A program made the position numbers and the translations under genes. Below the pieces are notes generated by a model. That model saw nothing but the letters and a program-made list of their open reading frames with translations, did no database searches and had not been told where the DNA came from. This document shows, one piece after another, positions 17,851-27,296 of a DNA stretch of 64,000 nucleotides. Source of the stretch: an uncultured Porphyromonadaceae bacterium (GTDB taxonomy: Bacteria; Bacteroidota; Bacteroidia; Bacteroidales; Muribaculaceae); NCBI GenBank assembly GCA_947177615.1, contig CAMWUY010000001.1, positions 12,828-76,827 on the forward strand, written 5' to 3'. Within the stretch, counting starts at the first letter, position 1. The number at the start of each line of letters is the position of its first letter.

Positions 17851-19588
17851 GCAGAAGTTTGTGGGGTAAGGTGTGAAGTAAATCACAGTTATCAAACTGA
17901 ATGTCATCACCTTCTTGCAACTCATCCGCATACACTGTCAGTTGCTCACCATTTCTGATTACAACCAACTCCGCATCCTTGTCAAGCAAGAGTATTGTAT
18001 CATCATCAAAGGCCAACTCAAAATAATCTGAGGACTCAATATCATCGGCCATAATCGTTACCTGATCCGGCTCCAAACCGGCGCGCTCCGGTAACAAGAA
18101 ACGCTCGAAAATCAAATCATACTTCAGGGGATCAATGAAAGTGATACCCATAAGATAGAGAAGCAAACAGCCACCGGCAGAGCCTCGACCTATGCCAGTC
18201 AAGATACCGTTCTCCTGAGCCCAATTTAGCTCATCTCTTTGGATGAGGAAGTAATCGACATTATCAGTGCTTTCAATGACATACTTCTCATATTCTACAC
18301 GCTTACGATACACTTCCTCTTCTCCTTCCGGCACCAGTTTCCTGAAGCCTTCTTCAATTAACTCCCGGAACATATTTAAGGTATTGCCATACTTTGCTTG
18401 TTCCTGGGGTGTCATATCATATTTGGGAGCATAGTTGTCGCTCAGGTCATAAGCCGCCGAAGCATTTTCAATGATATCGGCAGTAGCAGCACACATATCA
18501 TAAAATACCTCATTATCATATCTATCAGAAAACAAAGCACGAAATTCAGTATAGATTTCATCAATGGTTTTCAGATATTGATTGTAAGATTGCTCATGGG
18601 CTGCTCCAGTATCAACTTTGTTGAGGACAATCTTTGTACGCCAATCTTCTTTATCCAAATAATATACATCCTGAATTAACACCGGGCGTATATTCATAGA
18701 ATATTCCAGATTACCTAAATAGAAATTGTCGAAGTATTCCTTTTGGCTCTGCAATAATGTGGAGTCAATTCTATCAGCTCGATATTCAGTTGTATCTACC
18801 TGAAAATATACCCAGCCATCAAAAGCATCCACAAAATCTTGTAGCGCGTTTTTATTTTCAGTAAGCCAGTGACCACTCCATTTATCAAAAACCAAAGTAT
18901 TACCTTCTGCAAGATTCAGCAAAGTAATAAGGTCAATTTCCTTTGTCTCAAAATTATCTACTGCAACGGATTTTTGAATACGCAACATATTCCTAAACCC
19001 CTGCTGAGTAGCTGCATATATCTTTACGCCTACCTTATCCTTGCCAGTTCTCACTATCAGAGAATATCCGAAACAGTATCTGAGACCAGCATCAGTTGCT
19101 GATTGTTGCAGATCCAAAGATGCAGCCATTGTATTTTTGTCAGCTACGGCAATGCCCTTATAACCAAGGAATTTTGCTTTAGCGCACCAGTCTTTTAATA
19201 TACCGCTGCCATTCAGCAACTCATAGCCGGAATGGACTCCTAAAGGATAAAAATCACATTCATGCTCAAACTTTGGGGATTCACCTACATACCGCAATAT
19301 TTTGAACTGAAGATCTGAAGGCTCCTTACGAATGTCGATATAGAACCAACGACACCCAAAAGGAAACACTACATAGAATATCTCATCAGCAATCAGATAA
19401 GAATAATTCTCAATACAGTTGAATACTACATCGCCATCCTTTGTCTGCTTGAAAATATGCTCATAATCATCCTGAATGAGACAACGGCCAAATCCAGGAA
19501 TAACAACGACATCTTTTCTTAAAGAATAGGTAATGTTATGGTTATCCAACCATTCTTTTAATGATACCACCTCTTTCATCTCATCCAA
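17825..19588 (-). CDS. dnaE: DNA polymerase III alpha, N-terminal part (PHP domain to FERFL), ending in a Hint-like tail
   Basis: VHSGYELLNGSG, DYFLI, GIGRGSAGG.L..YL.GIT.IDPLKYDLIFERFL. Confidence 0.92.
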   Translation of the reverse strand: MDEMKEVVSLKEWLDNHNITYSLRKDVVVIPGFGRCLIQDDYEHIFKQTKDGDVVFNCIENYSYLIADEIFYVVFPFGCRWFYIDIRKEPSDLQFKILRYVGESPKFEHECDFYPLGVHSGYELLNGSGILKDWCAKAKFLGYKGIAVADKNTMAASLDLQQSATDAGLRYCFGYSLIVRTGKDKVGVKIYAATQQGFRNMLRIQKSVAVDNFETKEIDLITLLNLAEGNTLVFDKWSGHWLTENKNALQDFVDAFDGWVYFQVDTTEYRADRIDSTLLQSQKEYFDNFYLGNLEYSMNIRPVLIQDVYYLDKEDWRTKIVLNKVDTGAAHEQSYNQYLKTIDEIYTEFRALFSDRYDNEVFYDMCAATADIIENASAAYDLSDNYAPKYDMTPQEQAKYGNTLNMFRELIEEGFRKLVPEGEEEVYRKRVEYEKYVIESTDNVDYFLIQRDELNWAQENGILTGIGRGSAGGCLLLYLMGITFIDPLKYDLIFERFLLPERAGLEPDQVTIMADDIESSDYFELAFDDDTILLLDKDAELVVIRNGEQLTVYADELQEGDDIQFDNCDLLHTLPHKLLHENPTHNS

Positions 19589-20600
19589 GATTAAATTCTC
19601 TAACAGTTTTCAGATTATAGGCAAACACCTCATAGATGTCATCGACATCCATTTCATCCCAGTCCTTGCCAACACCATCCGGAATATCAGCAATCAACAC
19701 ATCAAAGTATTTATCCAGCTCCATAGCAATTCGGGCTGTAGTGTCCTTAGCGTCATTATCATACCCGATGACAATCTGCTCCACACCCTTTTTCTGGAGC
19801 TTATACATTTGCTCCTGACTGATTTTCTTACCGAAGGTAGCCACTGGAACGATGTGCTTATTGTCGTATAGCTCCAGCTTACGATTGAGTCCAACCACAT
19901 CAAACGGTCCTTCACAAAGTATGACCGAATGGGTGGTGCCAGACTCAATCGCATCATAGTTATAGAGCATTTTGGAGAAGCCATTACCGTCTCTCTCATC
20001 AGAGTTTTTATATCGACGGATCTTATAACTGTGCCGGGCATTGTAGCTATCAATTTCCTCTTTGCTGAGTATGCTGCGCGCCACAAAACCAACTATACGG
20101 CCCTCATCCCGAATTTCAAGAATAATGTAATCCTCATACTCTCGTTCAATACAGCGATTTGTACCAACAGGGAAATACTCATAATCATCCACAACCCATC
20201 CACGCGATTTCAAGTAAGCGTTTTTATAACAACGCTTATATCCATTAGGCATAGATATTTCTACCAGCTCATCATCAAGCTCGTCCTCAAATAAAACTGA
20301 AGTGTCCGGCTCATCATCGTCAAGTTCTGCGGTCTCTGCCGGAAGCAAATCTTCACGATCAAGAGCTTTAAGAGTATCTTTCAGAGAACCGAAACGACGA
20401 TTGCAATGGTAGCAATTCGACATACCAAAACGCTTCTTGCCGATATTATTACCGACATAGATACCATATTTGAAGCCGTCATGCCCACAGAACGGACAGT
20501 TAGGAACCAATATATTCCTTCTGGAACCGTCCAGTTTGCCGCCTAAATCGTATAGCAGCTCATCTGCAATAGATCGTTGTATTTCTGGTGATAAAAACAT
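19581..20600 (-). CDS. dnaG: DNA primase (Zn ribbon + TOPRIM)
   Basis: CPFC...CYHC, LCEGPFD, YDND, KDWDE. Confidence 0.85.
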   Translation of the reverse strand: MFLSPEIQRSIADELLYDLGGKLDGSRRNILVPNCPFCGHDGFKYGIYVGNNIGKKRFGMSNCYHCNRRFGSLKDTLKALDREDLLPAETAELDDDEPDTSVLFEDELDDELVEISMPNGYKRCYKNAYLKSRGWVVDDYEYFPVGTNRCIEREYEDYIILEIRDEGRIVGFVARSILSKEEIDSYNARHSYKIRRYKNSDERDGNGFSKMLYNYDAIESGTTHSVILCEGPFDVVGLNRKLELYDNKHIVPVATFGKKISQEQMYKLQKKGVEQIVIGYDNDAKDTTARIAMELDKYFDVLIADIPDGVGKDWDEMDVDDIYEVFAYNLKTVREFNLG

Positions 20601-20645
20601 TCTGTATTCCTGTCAAATCACTGCTTTCATCAAGTTTTATTAGGC

Positions 20646-22007
20646 TTATGAAGCCTCTCGCGGAAGATTTAAGGTTCTTACCCGGTCATAGAATACTTCA
20701 TGCTCGTAATCCAATGCAATCCGGAAGGGTTCGCCTTTTTTACAGAACCTAAACTTATCAGCATACAAGCGCATAGTCTGCTCTCGATATTCACGCTTAC
20801 TCTGGTTGAGTGAGATAAGATGAGTACAGGGTCTTTGTAGTCCTTTGCATTCGGAAGTATTGAAAGCTGTCAGGACATTCTTCTCATCATTGACCCATTC
20901 AGGATTCTCAATAGTTGCCTGATAGGTCACAACAAACCAAGCATCTGTTTCACCGGCCAAGTCTTTAAGATCCTGAGCAGTTGCAATACGCTTATGTCGT
21001 AGAGCCTTGGAATCCCAATTCTTACCTGAAGAATCAGTCAAAAGGTCGAGAGAGTCAACTACCACTACATCTGGATATTTACCGTACTTTTCACGATACT
21101 TCTCCAAGTCATTTCTGATGTCTGTAGTCGATACTTCCTTGCCGAACTTAGGATATGCCTTGACTCTCAATGTACCCTTATAGGTGTCAAGCAAATCCTT
21201 TAGGTGTTCCAAGGTATGATTGTTGACCTTACCAGTCTCGTACTCATAAGTGGTAGTACCACTGAGCATTGCAGAATAAGCGTCTGTTGTCTCAGAAGCG
21301 GCACCCTCCAACTGAATGTGGAGAACATCAAGACCACTGATATAAGCTGCGTTGTAGCCAATCCAGCGAGCGATATGGCTCTTTCCGACACCAGACATTG
21401 CAAGGAAGAGAGAAAGCTGAGTGCGGAGGTTACGACCCTTATTCATCTCATCGAGACCGTCAATATAGAAGCTATTGACCATCTTTGATGACGGATTCTC
21501 ATTGCGCATCTTATTCTCACGCAACCTCTCTTCATAGGTCTGAGCAATGTCAATAAACTCTTCCGGTTTAAGAGAAAACTGCTGAAGTTTCAATGCTTCA
21601 CGAGTAAAAGACATCATCGCATCGAGTCTTGCACCTTCATCATATTTCTTGGAAACCTCCTTAAATATTTTCTTAAACTGCACGAGTTTAAGGTATTCCT
21701 CAAACTGGTCTCTGATACCTTCTGGATTGACGCTTGTAGAGACCTCTCTGATTTCCTCCAGTAGTTCTGATACGGCCCTGGAAGATGATAGACGCTGAGA
21801 AATTATGCCATACTGGGGTGCTGTCTTGTACTCATTGAAATAGCTTTTCAATGTCGAATTTAACAACTGGTACTGTGGATCCGGAAGAAATTGGTCCTCC
21901 ATATATCGGCTCACAACCGAACAAATCTGATTGTTGGTTATGGCACAATTATACAGTTCCGCTAAGAACTCAGAAGTCAAGACGTTTTCATTTTTCTTTC
22001 CTGCCAT
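20646..22007 (-). CDS. DnaB/gp41-like replicative helicase
   Basis: AMSGVGKS Walker A, LHIQLE, VVVDSLDL, TYQA, KFR. Confidence 0.85.
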   Translation of the reverse strand: MAGKKNENVLTSEFLAELYNCAITNNQICSVVSRYMEDQFLPDPQYQLLNSTLKSYFNEYKTAPQYGIISQRLSSSRAVSELLEEIREVSTSVNPEGIRDQFEEYLKLVQFKKIFKEVSKKYDEGARLDAMMSFTREALKLQQFSLKPEEFIDIAQTYEERLRENKMRNENPSSKMVNSFYIDGLDEMNKGRNLRTQLSLFLAMSGVGKSHIARWIGYNAAYISGLDVLHIQLEGAASETTDAYSAMLSGTTTYEYETGKVNNHTLEHLKDLLDTYKGTLRVKAYPKFGKEVSTTDIRNDLEKYREKYGKYPDVVVVDSLDLLTDSSGKNWDSKALRHKRIATAQDLKDLAGETDAWFVVTYQATIENPEWVNDEKNVLTAFNTSECKGLQRPCTHLISLNQSKREYREQTMRLYADKFRFCKKGEPFRIALDYEHEVFYDRVRTLNLPREAS

Positions 22008-22623
22008 TATGATAAACTTCTTTTCTGTACCGCATAAGCTCTGGGTACTTCTTAGCGGTCATTTTGCCACACTCCACCCAGTTATCACATTGTCCGCAAG
22101 CCTCTGACAGCGGACTCCAGCCGGTAGTTGCTCTCTGACACAGCACAAGGCCATCTTCAGTGTTCAAAAACCGTCTTTTTATAGGTTCTTCTGACGCGAG
22201 ATAAACCATTTGTTTCAATGGATCTGGCTTCGGTTTTGCTATCATTGAAGTCAGTTGACCTCTTGATAGCTCCACATCATCCAGCCATTGATTGATGTAA
22301 TAATTCATGCCGGACTTACCATCAGCACTCAGGAACTGATTTCGATACTTTTCTAAGGCAGCCTGAGAAAACAGATAGGTGTATTGCCATGAACCGTTAG
22401 CAATGGATGTACGATAACGATATATCTGATAAACTATATAATCAACAATACGCTCATCATCAATATCTGAGACACCGAACAAAGCCGGTAACTGCTCTAC
22501 TCCATTCTGAAGATAGAGGGCAGCAACTCCGCTTTGTGTAAACCGCCACTTGGGATCAATCGTCCTCTTCACAACGGTCTCGATCATCTGCCGTATTTTT
22601 ACGGTTCTTTCTTGTAATTCCAT
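21988..22623 (-). CDS. hypothetical replication-module protein with C-terminal Cys cluster (possible helicase loader)
   Basis: Between sigma and helicase; C..TTGWSPLS..C..C....C. Confidence 0.55.
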   Translation of the reverse strand: MELQERTVKIRQMIETVVKRTIDPKWRFTQSGVAALYLQNGVEQLPALFGVSDIDDERIVDYIVYQIYRYRTSIANGSWQYTYLFSQAALEKYRNQFLSADGKSGMNYYINQWLDDVELSRGQLTSMIAKPKPDPLKQMVYLASEEPIKRRFLNTEDGLVLCQRATTGWSPLSEACGQCDNWVECGKMTAKKYPELMRYRKEVYHNGRKEK

Positions 22624-23230
22624 TTTGTCTCAGTATATATTGCAGTTCTCGTCTTGCCCAATAAATTCGGCTTTTCACTATATCTTCACTTCGCTTTTCA
22701 AGATGTCCGAGCTTCCATTCAGCTGCCGTTATCTCTCTTATCCGATGACCCTGAACGTACATCATGAAAGGTGATAACCTCTGAGGTGGAATTTTCATCA
22801 GTGCCGCTAACATTTGGTCTGAGATATTGTCTATCAAATTCCCAAATTCAACTTCTGAAACCATACTCGTTCCATGCTGATATATATCCTCCATCGAACA
22901 CATCTCAATATCAGTCCAATACTGAGATTCTTCACTTCGTTTTTTGTTTTCGTGCTGACAGGCACGTTTAACAACGATATGGAGCCAAGTCATCAACTTT
23001 TGTTCTGGATTATAGGAGCCAATATAGTTATAAAGTTGAGCTAAACAGTGCTGATAATTATCATCTACATCTTGATAGTTTGCTGTATAATACTTGGTTA
23101 GGCTTTTAATATCCGCAAGATTAGGAACGATATACATATTGAAAAGACGCTCCTTCTCTTTAGGACTTAACTGCCGACATTTTGCAGTCGGTTTGGGGGA
23201 TTTTCCCGGATCTTTAGCATTGATTGACAT
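22556..23230 (-). CDS. phage sigma-70/ECF-like RNA polymerase sigma factor
   Basis: Region 2 (DVDD.YQ...LYNYI.SY.P...TWL..V.KR) and region 4 (AL..IPP..L..F.MY..G..I.EI...VKSRI..AR..L). Confidence 0.8.
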   Translation of the reverse strand: MSINAKDPGKSPKPTAKCRQLSPKEKERLFNMYIVPNLADIKSLTKYYTANYQDVDDNYQHCLAQLYNYIGSYNPEQKLMTWLHIVVKRACQHENKKRSEESQYWTDIEMCSMEDIYQHGTSMVSEVEFGNLIDNISDQMLAALMKIPPQRLSPFMMYVQGHRIREITAAEWKLGHLEKRSEDIVKSRIYWARRELQYILRQNGITRKNRKNTADDRDRCEEDD

Positions 23231-23287
23231 TTTGAAGCGAACTTAAAGGGCAAATTATTCATAATGATTTTGTTTTTAGCAAATTAG

Positions 23288-23788
23288 TTATAGCTTATAG
23301 CGATGGATAAAATACATGTAGATGTGTATAGCATCTGCAAGATTATCATCACCATCCACTTCAATGTGGTATCGCTTTTCTGCGAACTCAATCATCATTT
23401 TTTTGTCCGCATTGCCCTTACCGGTTCCGTGCTTTTTGATGTCGGAAGGCTTAAATGTCACCACTGGAATATCCAGTGTCTCACATACTTCCAGTAAGAT
23501 ACCCCGGAACTCACATAACTTTCTAAAGTCTGTGAAATGGCCATAAATAACATCCTCAGCAGCCACAGCCTTGATTTTGTGGGATGTGAGCATATCAATA
23601 AGCCAATTCCTAAAAGCCTTATGCTGGGCATAATCCGGGCCCAGATACTTCGGTGCCTTGTCATTGTTAGGAAAGACCTTGGTGCCGTAATCGCCCAAGG
23701 TGTAGTACCCACAATGAGTAGCCACATCAAAAGCCATTACGTCACCACGTCCTAACTGACGAACATACTCTTCAGTTAACTTCTGCAT
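23288..23788 (-). CDS. ruvC: RuvC-like Holliday junction resolvase
   Basis: MAFD.A...G, AED, P..IKK..TGKGNADK..M, DDNLADA. Confidence 0.85.
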   Translation of the reverse strand: MQKLTEEYVRQLGRGDVMAFDVATHCGYYTLGDYGTKVFPNNDKAPKYLGPDYAQHKAFRNWLIDMLTSHKIKAVAAEDVIYGHFTDFRKLCEFRGILLEVCETLDIPVVTFKPSDIKKHGTGKGNADKKMMIEFAEKRYHIEVDGDDNLADAIHIYMYFIHRYKL

Positions 23789-23793
23789 AACTA

Positions 23794-26163
23794 TTAATTT
23801 GAAATGGTTGAAATTCCTTGTTTTTTTACTATTAATAGCTTATGCGGATAGCCTTCTGAGACACCTCCCTGAGTGATGAGCAAGGCAGTCTGGCCGAGCT
23901 TGTTCAAAGCCTCGCAATAGGTCGCCATACCCATTTCATCAGATTTATCAAGTAGCTCATCTATTATGATGAAATCCAATCCTTTGCCATCCTCACAATT
24001 AGAATTTGTGAGAGTATGAAGAGAAAGTATGCAAGCCAGATTCAGTCGAGCCTTTTCGCCTCCGGAGAACTTATGGTAAGATCCGCAATCAATGCCGTCA
24101 CGCATAACCTGAACTGAAATCTTATCTCTCAGTTTGCCGGTCTTAGTTACTGTAAAACCTTCCAGTTTGAGACGTATATCAGAGCCAATCTTTTCCAGAA
24201 AGTCATTTACAATCAGAGAAAGCGCATCAATCTTTTTTCTTGCGATATAAGACTTAAACATCACGAAATCCAACTCTTGCTTCTTCAAGATGTCATACTC
24301 TGATTGAATGTCAGAGGCTGATTTTTCAGCTTTCTGAAGATCGGACTGATACTTCTCCAAAGAAACCTTCAAAGAGGCTGCAAAGTCAGTCTGTGGAGCC
24401 TCCAACAATTCACGTTTTGATTGCTGATACTGCGCCATCTGACCCTGGATAAATTTTATAGAAGAAGTCTGCTGAGAAATGTAGTTTTCGCCATTGGTTA
24501 TACGACCTTCAAGTATGCCATTGATTTCTCCAAACAAACGATTACGCATGACCTCAATCTTTCCATTGATACGGTCAAGCTCATTCTCAGTAGAAATCTG
24601 TTGTTTCTGAAGAGATGATACAGAACGCTCTGCCTCATCCAATTCCTTGGATAAGGACACTAATGATGAATATTCTGTATTCAAGTCGAAAGTCCGAGAT
24701 TTGATTCTTTTCTCAATAGTCTCGATCTCATCAGATTTGGTGGCAGCCTGATCATCGTAGTGATCAAATTCCTCATTCAGTTTCTTGACTTTGGATTTAT
24801 TATCCTCCATCTCAGTTCTGAATTTGACAAGATTTGCTCGCACTTCCTCAACGGTAATCTCATTACCGACAAAGAATTTATGCTCGCACTTCGGACAGAT
24901 GATTACACCATCCATCATAGCGGAATTTCGAGCAATCAAAGTCTCTAATTGAGCTTGCCGTGACTTATGAGTCTTAATCTGATCCTCAATTTTATCAAGT
25001 TGCTGGTCAATCTTAGCAACCTCTTTGTTGAATTTCTCAATGAGAGCTTTGTCTTTTTCAGTCAATTCAGACTGCTCTTGGGTATGCTGAGTATAAAGAT
25101 TATTTTTACTTTCATAATCCTTCTGAAGCTCTTTTACTCGCTTATTGGCAGCGTTTATTTGAGCTTTAAGTTTTTTGATCAGGTCATTTGCGTCAGTCAG
25201 ATCTTTCTTATATCTTTCTGACAGAACATCAAATTCACTGACAGCTCCAAGCTCATTTGCTTCACACATGGATTTTATCTGGTGGTACGCTTCCAACAAC
25301 GCTGTGTCGGACTCTTCCAGATTGGCCACCTGCTTTTGGAGTTGTTGCAGCAATTCAAGACGCTTTTCACCCTTGCTCTTTTTATCTTCAGCAGCCTCGA
25401 TGTCCTCACGGCATTTTTGTATCTGCCCGTCCAGTCTTTCGATATGCGATTCACGTTCTTTCTGTGCGTTGACTTTTTTCTCATCAACCTGAGTTAATTC
25501 ATTTTCGATAGCTGAGATGGAACCTTTTACGTTGATAACCTTATTGTTTGCCTCATTAAGACGCACAACAATAGGCTCCATATCCGCTTGAACACGAGCA
25601 ATACTTTCATCAACAATTATGCCGTTGCTGAAACGGTTGATAACCTCCTTCTTGTTCTTGTCAGAACAGTCGAAAAAGCTCTCATACTTGTTGTCACACA
25701 GTATGAAATTGTTATAAATGTCATCCTTGGAAAGCCCAATTTCATTAAGAATGAACTTATTATAGTCCAATACTGTAGGCTGGATGGTCTTGTCTGTCTC
25801 AATCTCCTGACCGGCTGCATCGTATTTATGGCACTCAATAGATTGAGGAGCATTACGACTGATATTGCGCTCAATAGTGAATGTGGTGTCATTGAAATCA
25901 TTATCAAGCCTAAGATAGACATAAGCCTCATCTGCATGATCATTAATGATTTCCTCAACGCTTTTAACCTTGCGAAGCTGCTCGCCAGTCAATGCAAAAG
26001 AGATCGCTTCGATAAGTGATGATTTGCCGGAGCCATTGCAAGGCTGTGAGGCATTATCCTCATTTCTACCAAAGATAAGAGTGGCTACGCCCTGCGATAT
26101 ATTTAATGTTGCCTCGTGAAAAGAGACAATATTTCGTATTCTAATTTCTGATAATCTCCACAT
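23794..26163 (-). CDS. sbcC: SbcC/Rad50 (gp46-like) ATPase
   Basis: NGSGKSS, central coiled coil with CPKC zinc hook, FSGGE, IIDE. Confidence 0.92.
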   Translation of the reverse strand: MWRLSEIRIRNIVSFHEATLNISQGVATLIFGRNEDNASQPCNGSGKSSLIEAISFALTGEQLRKVKSVEEIINDHADEAYVYLRLDNDFNDTTFTIERNISRNAPQSIECHKYDAAGQEIETDKTIQPTVLDYNKFILNEIGLSKDDIYNNFILCDNKYESFFDCSDKNKKEVINRFSNGIIVDESIARVQADMEPIVVRLNEANNKVINVKGSISAIENELTQVDEKKVNAQKERESHIERLDGQIQKCREDIEAAEDKKSKGEKRLELLQQLQKQVANLEESDTALLEAYHQIKSMCEANELGAVSEFDVLSERYKKDLTDANDLIKKLKAQINAANKRVKELQKDYESKNNLYTQHTQEQSELTEKDKALIEKFNKEVAKIDQQLDKIEDQIKTHKSRQAQLETLIARNSAMMDGVIICPKCEHKFFVGNEITVEEVRANLVKFRTEMEDNKSKVKKLNEEFDHYDDQAATKSDEIETIEKRIKSRTFDLNTEYSSLVSLSKELDEAERSVSSLQKQQISTENELDRINGKIEVMRNRLFGEINGILEGRITNGENYISQQTSSIKFIQGQMAQYQQSKRELLEAPQTDFAASLKVSLEKYQSDLQKAEKSASDIQSEYDILKKQELDFVMFKSYIARKKIDALSLIVNDFLEKIGSDIRLKLEGFTVTKTGKLRDKISVQVMRDGIDCGSYHKFSGGEKARLNLACILSLHTLTNSNCEDGKGLDFIIIDELLDKSDEMGMATYCEALNKLGQTALLITQGGVSEGYPHKLLIVKKQGISTISN

Positions 26164-26166
26164 GGT

Positions 26167-27201
26167 TTAGCCCTCCAAATATTTGATACCCAGCTTACTG
26201 TCAATCGCATTTTCATTGCAATAATTCTGATATTCCTTCTTTATGCCCTGCTTGTCATATTTTTCGTGAATATCAGCAGCAGCTGATTCATTAGGTAAAT
26301 TGCTGGCCGCCACAACTTCTACCTTGTGAAAGCCTAAGTCAATAAGTTTCTGCTTATCAAGCATTTTTGCCTGCTTGTCATCGCATTTTACCTTGACCTT
26401 ATACTTGTAGCGGTCATCTTTATCCAGAGTGAATTTCTCAACACTCTTAGCATCCAGTTCAATAGTCTGGTACCGGGTGTTAACTTCATTCTTGACGAAA
26501 CCATAGGATCCATCGGCATACAAAAGGGTATAACCCTTCTCTTCATCTTCACCAAAGTTGCCCTGGCGTGATGAACCGATGTATTCAATATTGGTATTTT
26601 TGATTTTAACCCGATTATGATAGTGTCCGCATAGTACGGCCTTGAAATCGAGTAAAGAAGCCTGGGGTAATTCCCCATCTATTTCAAAATCACCTAACGC
26701 ACCATGTACTCCTTCATGGATATAAAGGATGATGTCGTTTTTAGTGAATTGTGGATATTGTTCGAGAGTGTTATTAACAGCCACTTCCAGCTTATCCAAA
26801 AATGAACCATTCTCAGGGAAATAGCTCATAAGGAGTAGGCAGAAGTCACAGCCATCCCAAATCAAAGCCTTATAGACATCTACCACCTCTATGCCATGTA
26901 GTCCGGTCCATAGGTGATTATATCCTTCAATAGCTTCCTGATCAGTCTTATCATGGTTGCCTTCGCCTATTGTCACATAGACACCTTGGCTCACAGCCTT
27001 GGTCAAAGCAGCTTTAACGGCAAGTAAGGTAGAAAGTGTTTGAGCGGCCCTGGTAGTGAACATATCACCGGCGATAACGACTTCCTCGATCCCTTCACGT
27101 TGACACACTGACAACATTTCATCCCAGTTCTTATTGAACTCAGCTATGTTGTCTTTGTTAACGTGTATATCGTTTATTAACAAAGCAATAGCCTCTTTCA
27201 T
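26167..27201 (-). CDS. sbcD: SbcD/Mre11 (gp47-like) metallophosphoesterase nuclease
   Basis: DIH, GDMF, GNHD, GHYH. Confidence 0.92.
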   Translation of the reverse strand: MKEAIALLINDIHVNKDNIAEFNKNWDEMLSVCQREGIEEVVIAGDMFTTRAAQTLSTLLAVKAALTKAVSQGVYVTIGEGNHDKTDQEAIEGYNHLWTGLHGIEVVDVYKALIWDGCDFCLLLMSYFPENGSFLDKLEVAVNNTLEQYPQFTKNDIILYIHEGVHGALGDFEIDGELPQASLLDFKAVLCGHYHNRVKIKNTNIEYIGSSRQGNFGEDEEKGYTLLYADGSYGFVKNEVNTRYQTIELDAKSVEKFTLDKDDRYKYKVKVKCDDKQAKMLDKQKLIDLGFHKVEVVAASNLPNESAAADIHEKYDKQGIKKEYQNYCNENAIDSKLGIKYLEG

Positions 27202-27231
27202 ATTCCTGTCTGAGATTTTAGATTAAAGAAT

Positions 27232-27265
27232 GAGAGGGCACAGGCATTGAGCCAATGCCCTCTCG
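27232..27265 (-). terminator. hairpin after the SSB gene
   Basis: gagagggca / tgccctctc. Confidence 0.6.
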
Positions 27266-27296
27266 AACTGCATGAATTATTATCTAAAGACAGGAA

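Noticed and set aside
17825-17931. dnaE pseudogene or sequencing frameshift
   Set aside because: Both sides of the break carry non-polymerase Hint-like extensions, and the second ORF has its own MKI start; catalytic motifs are intact
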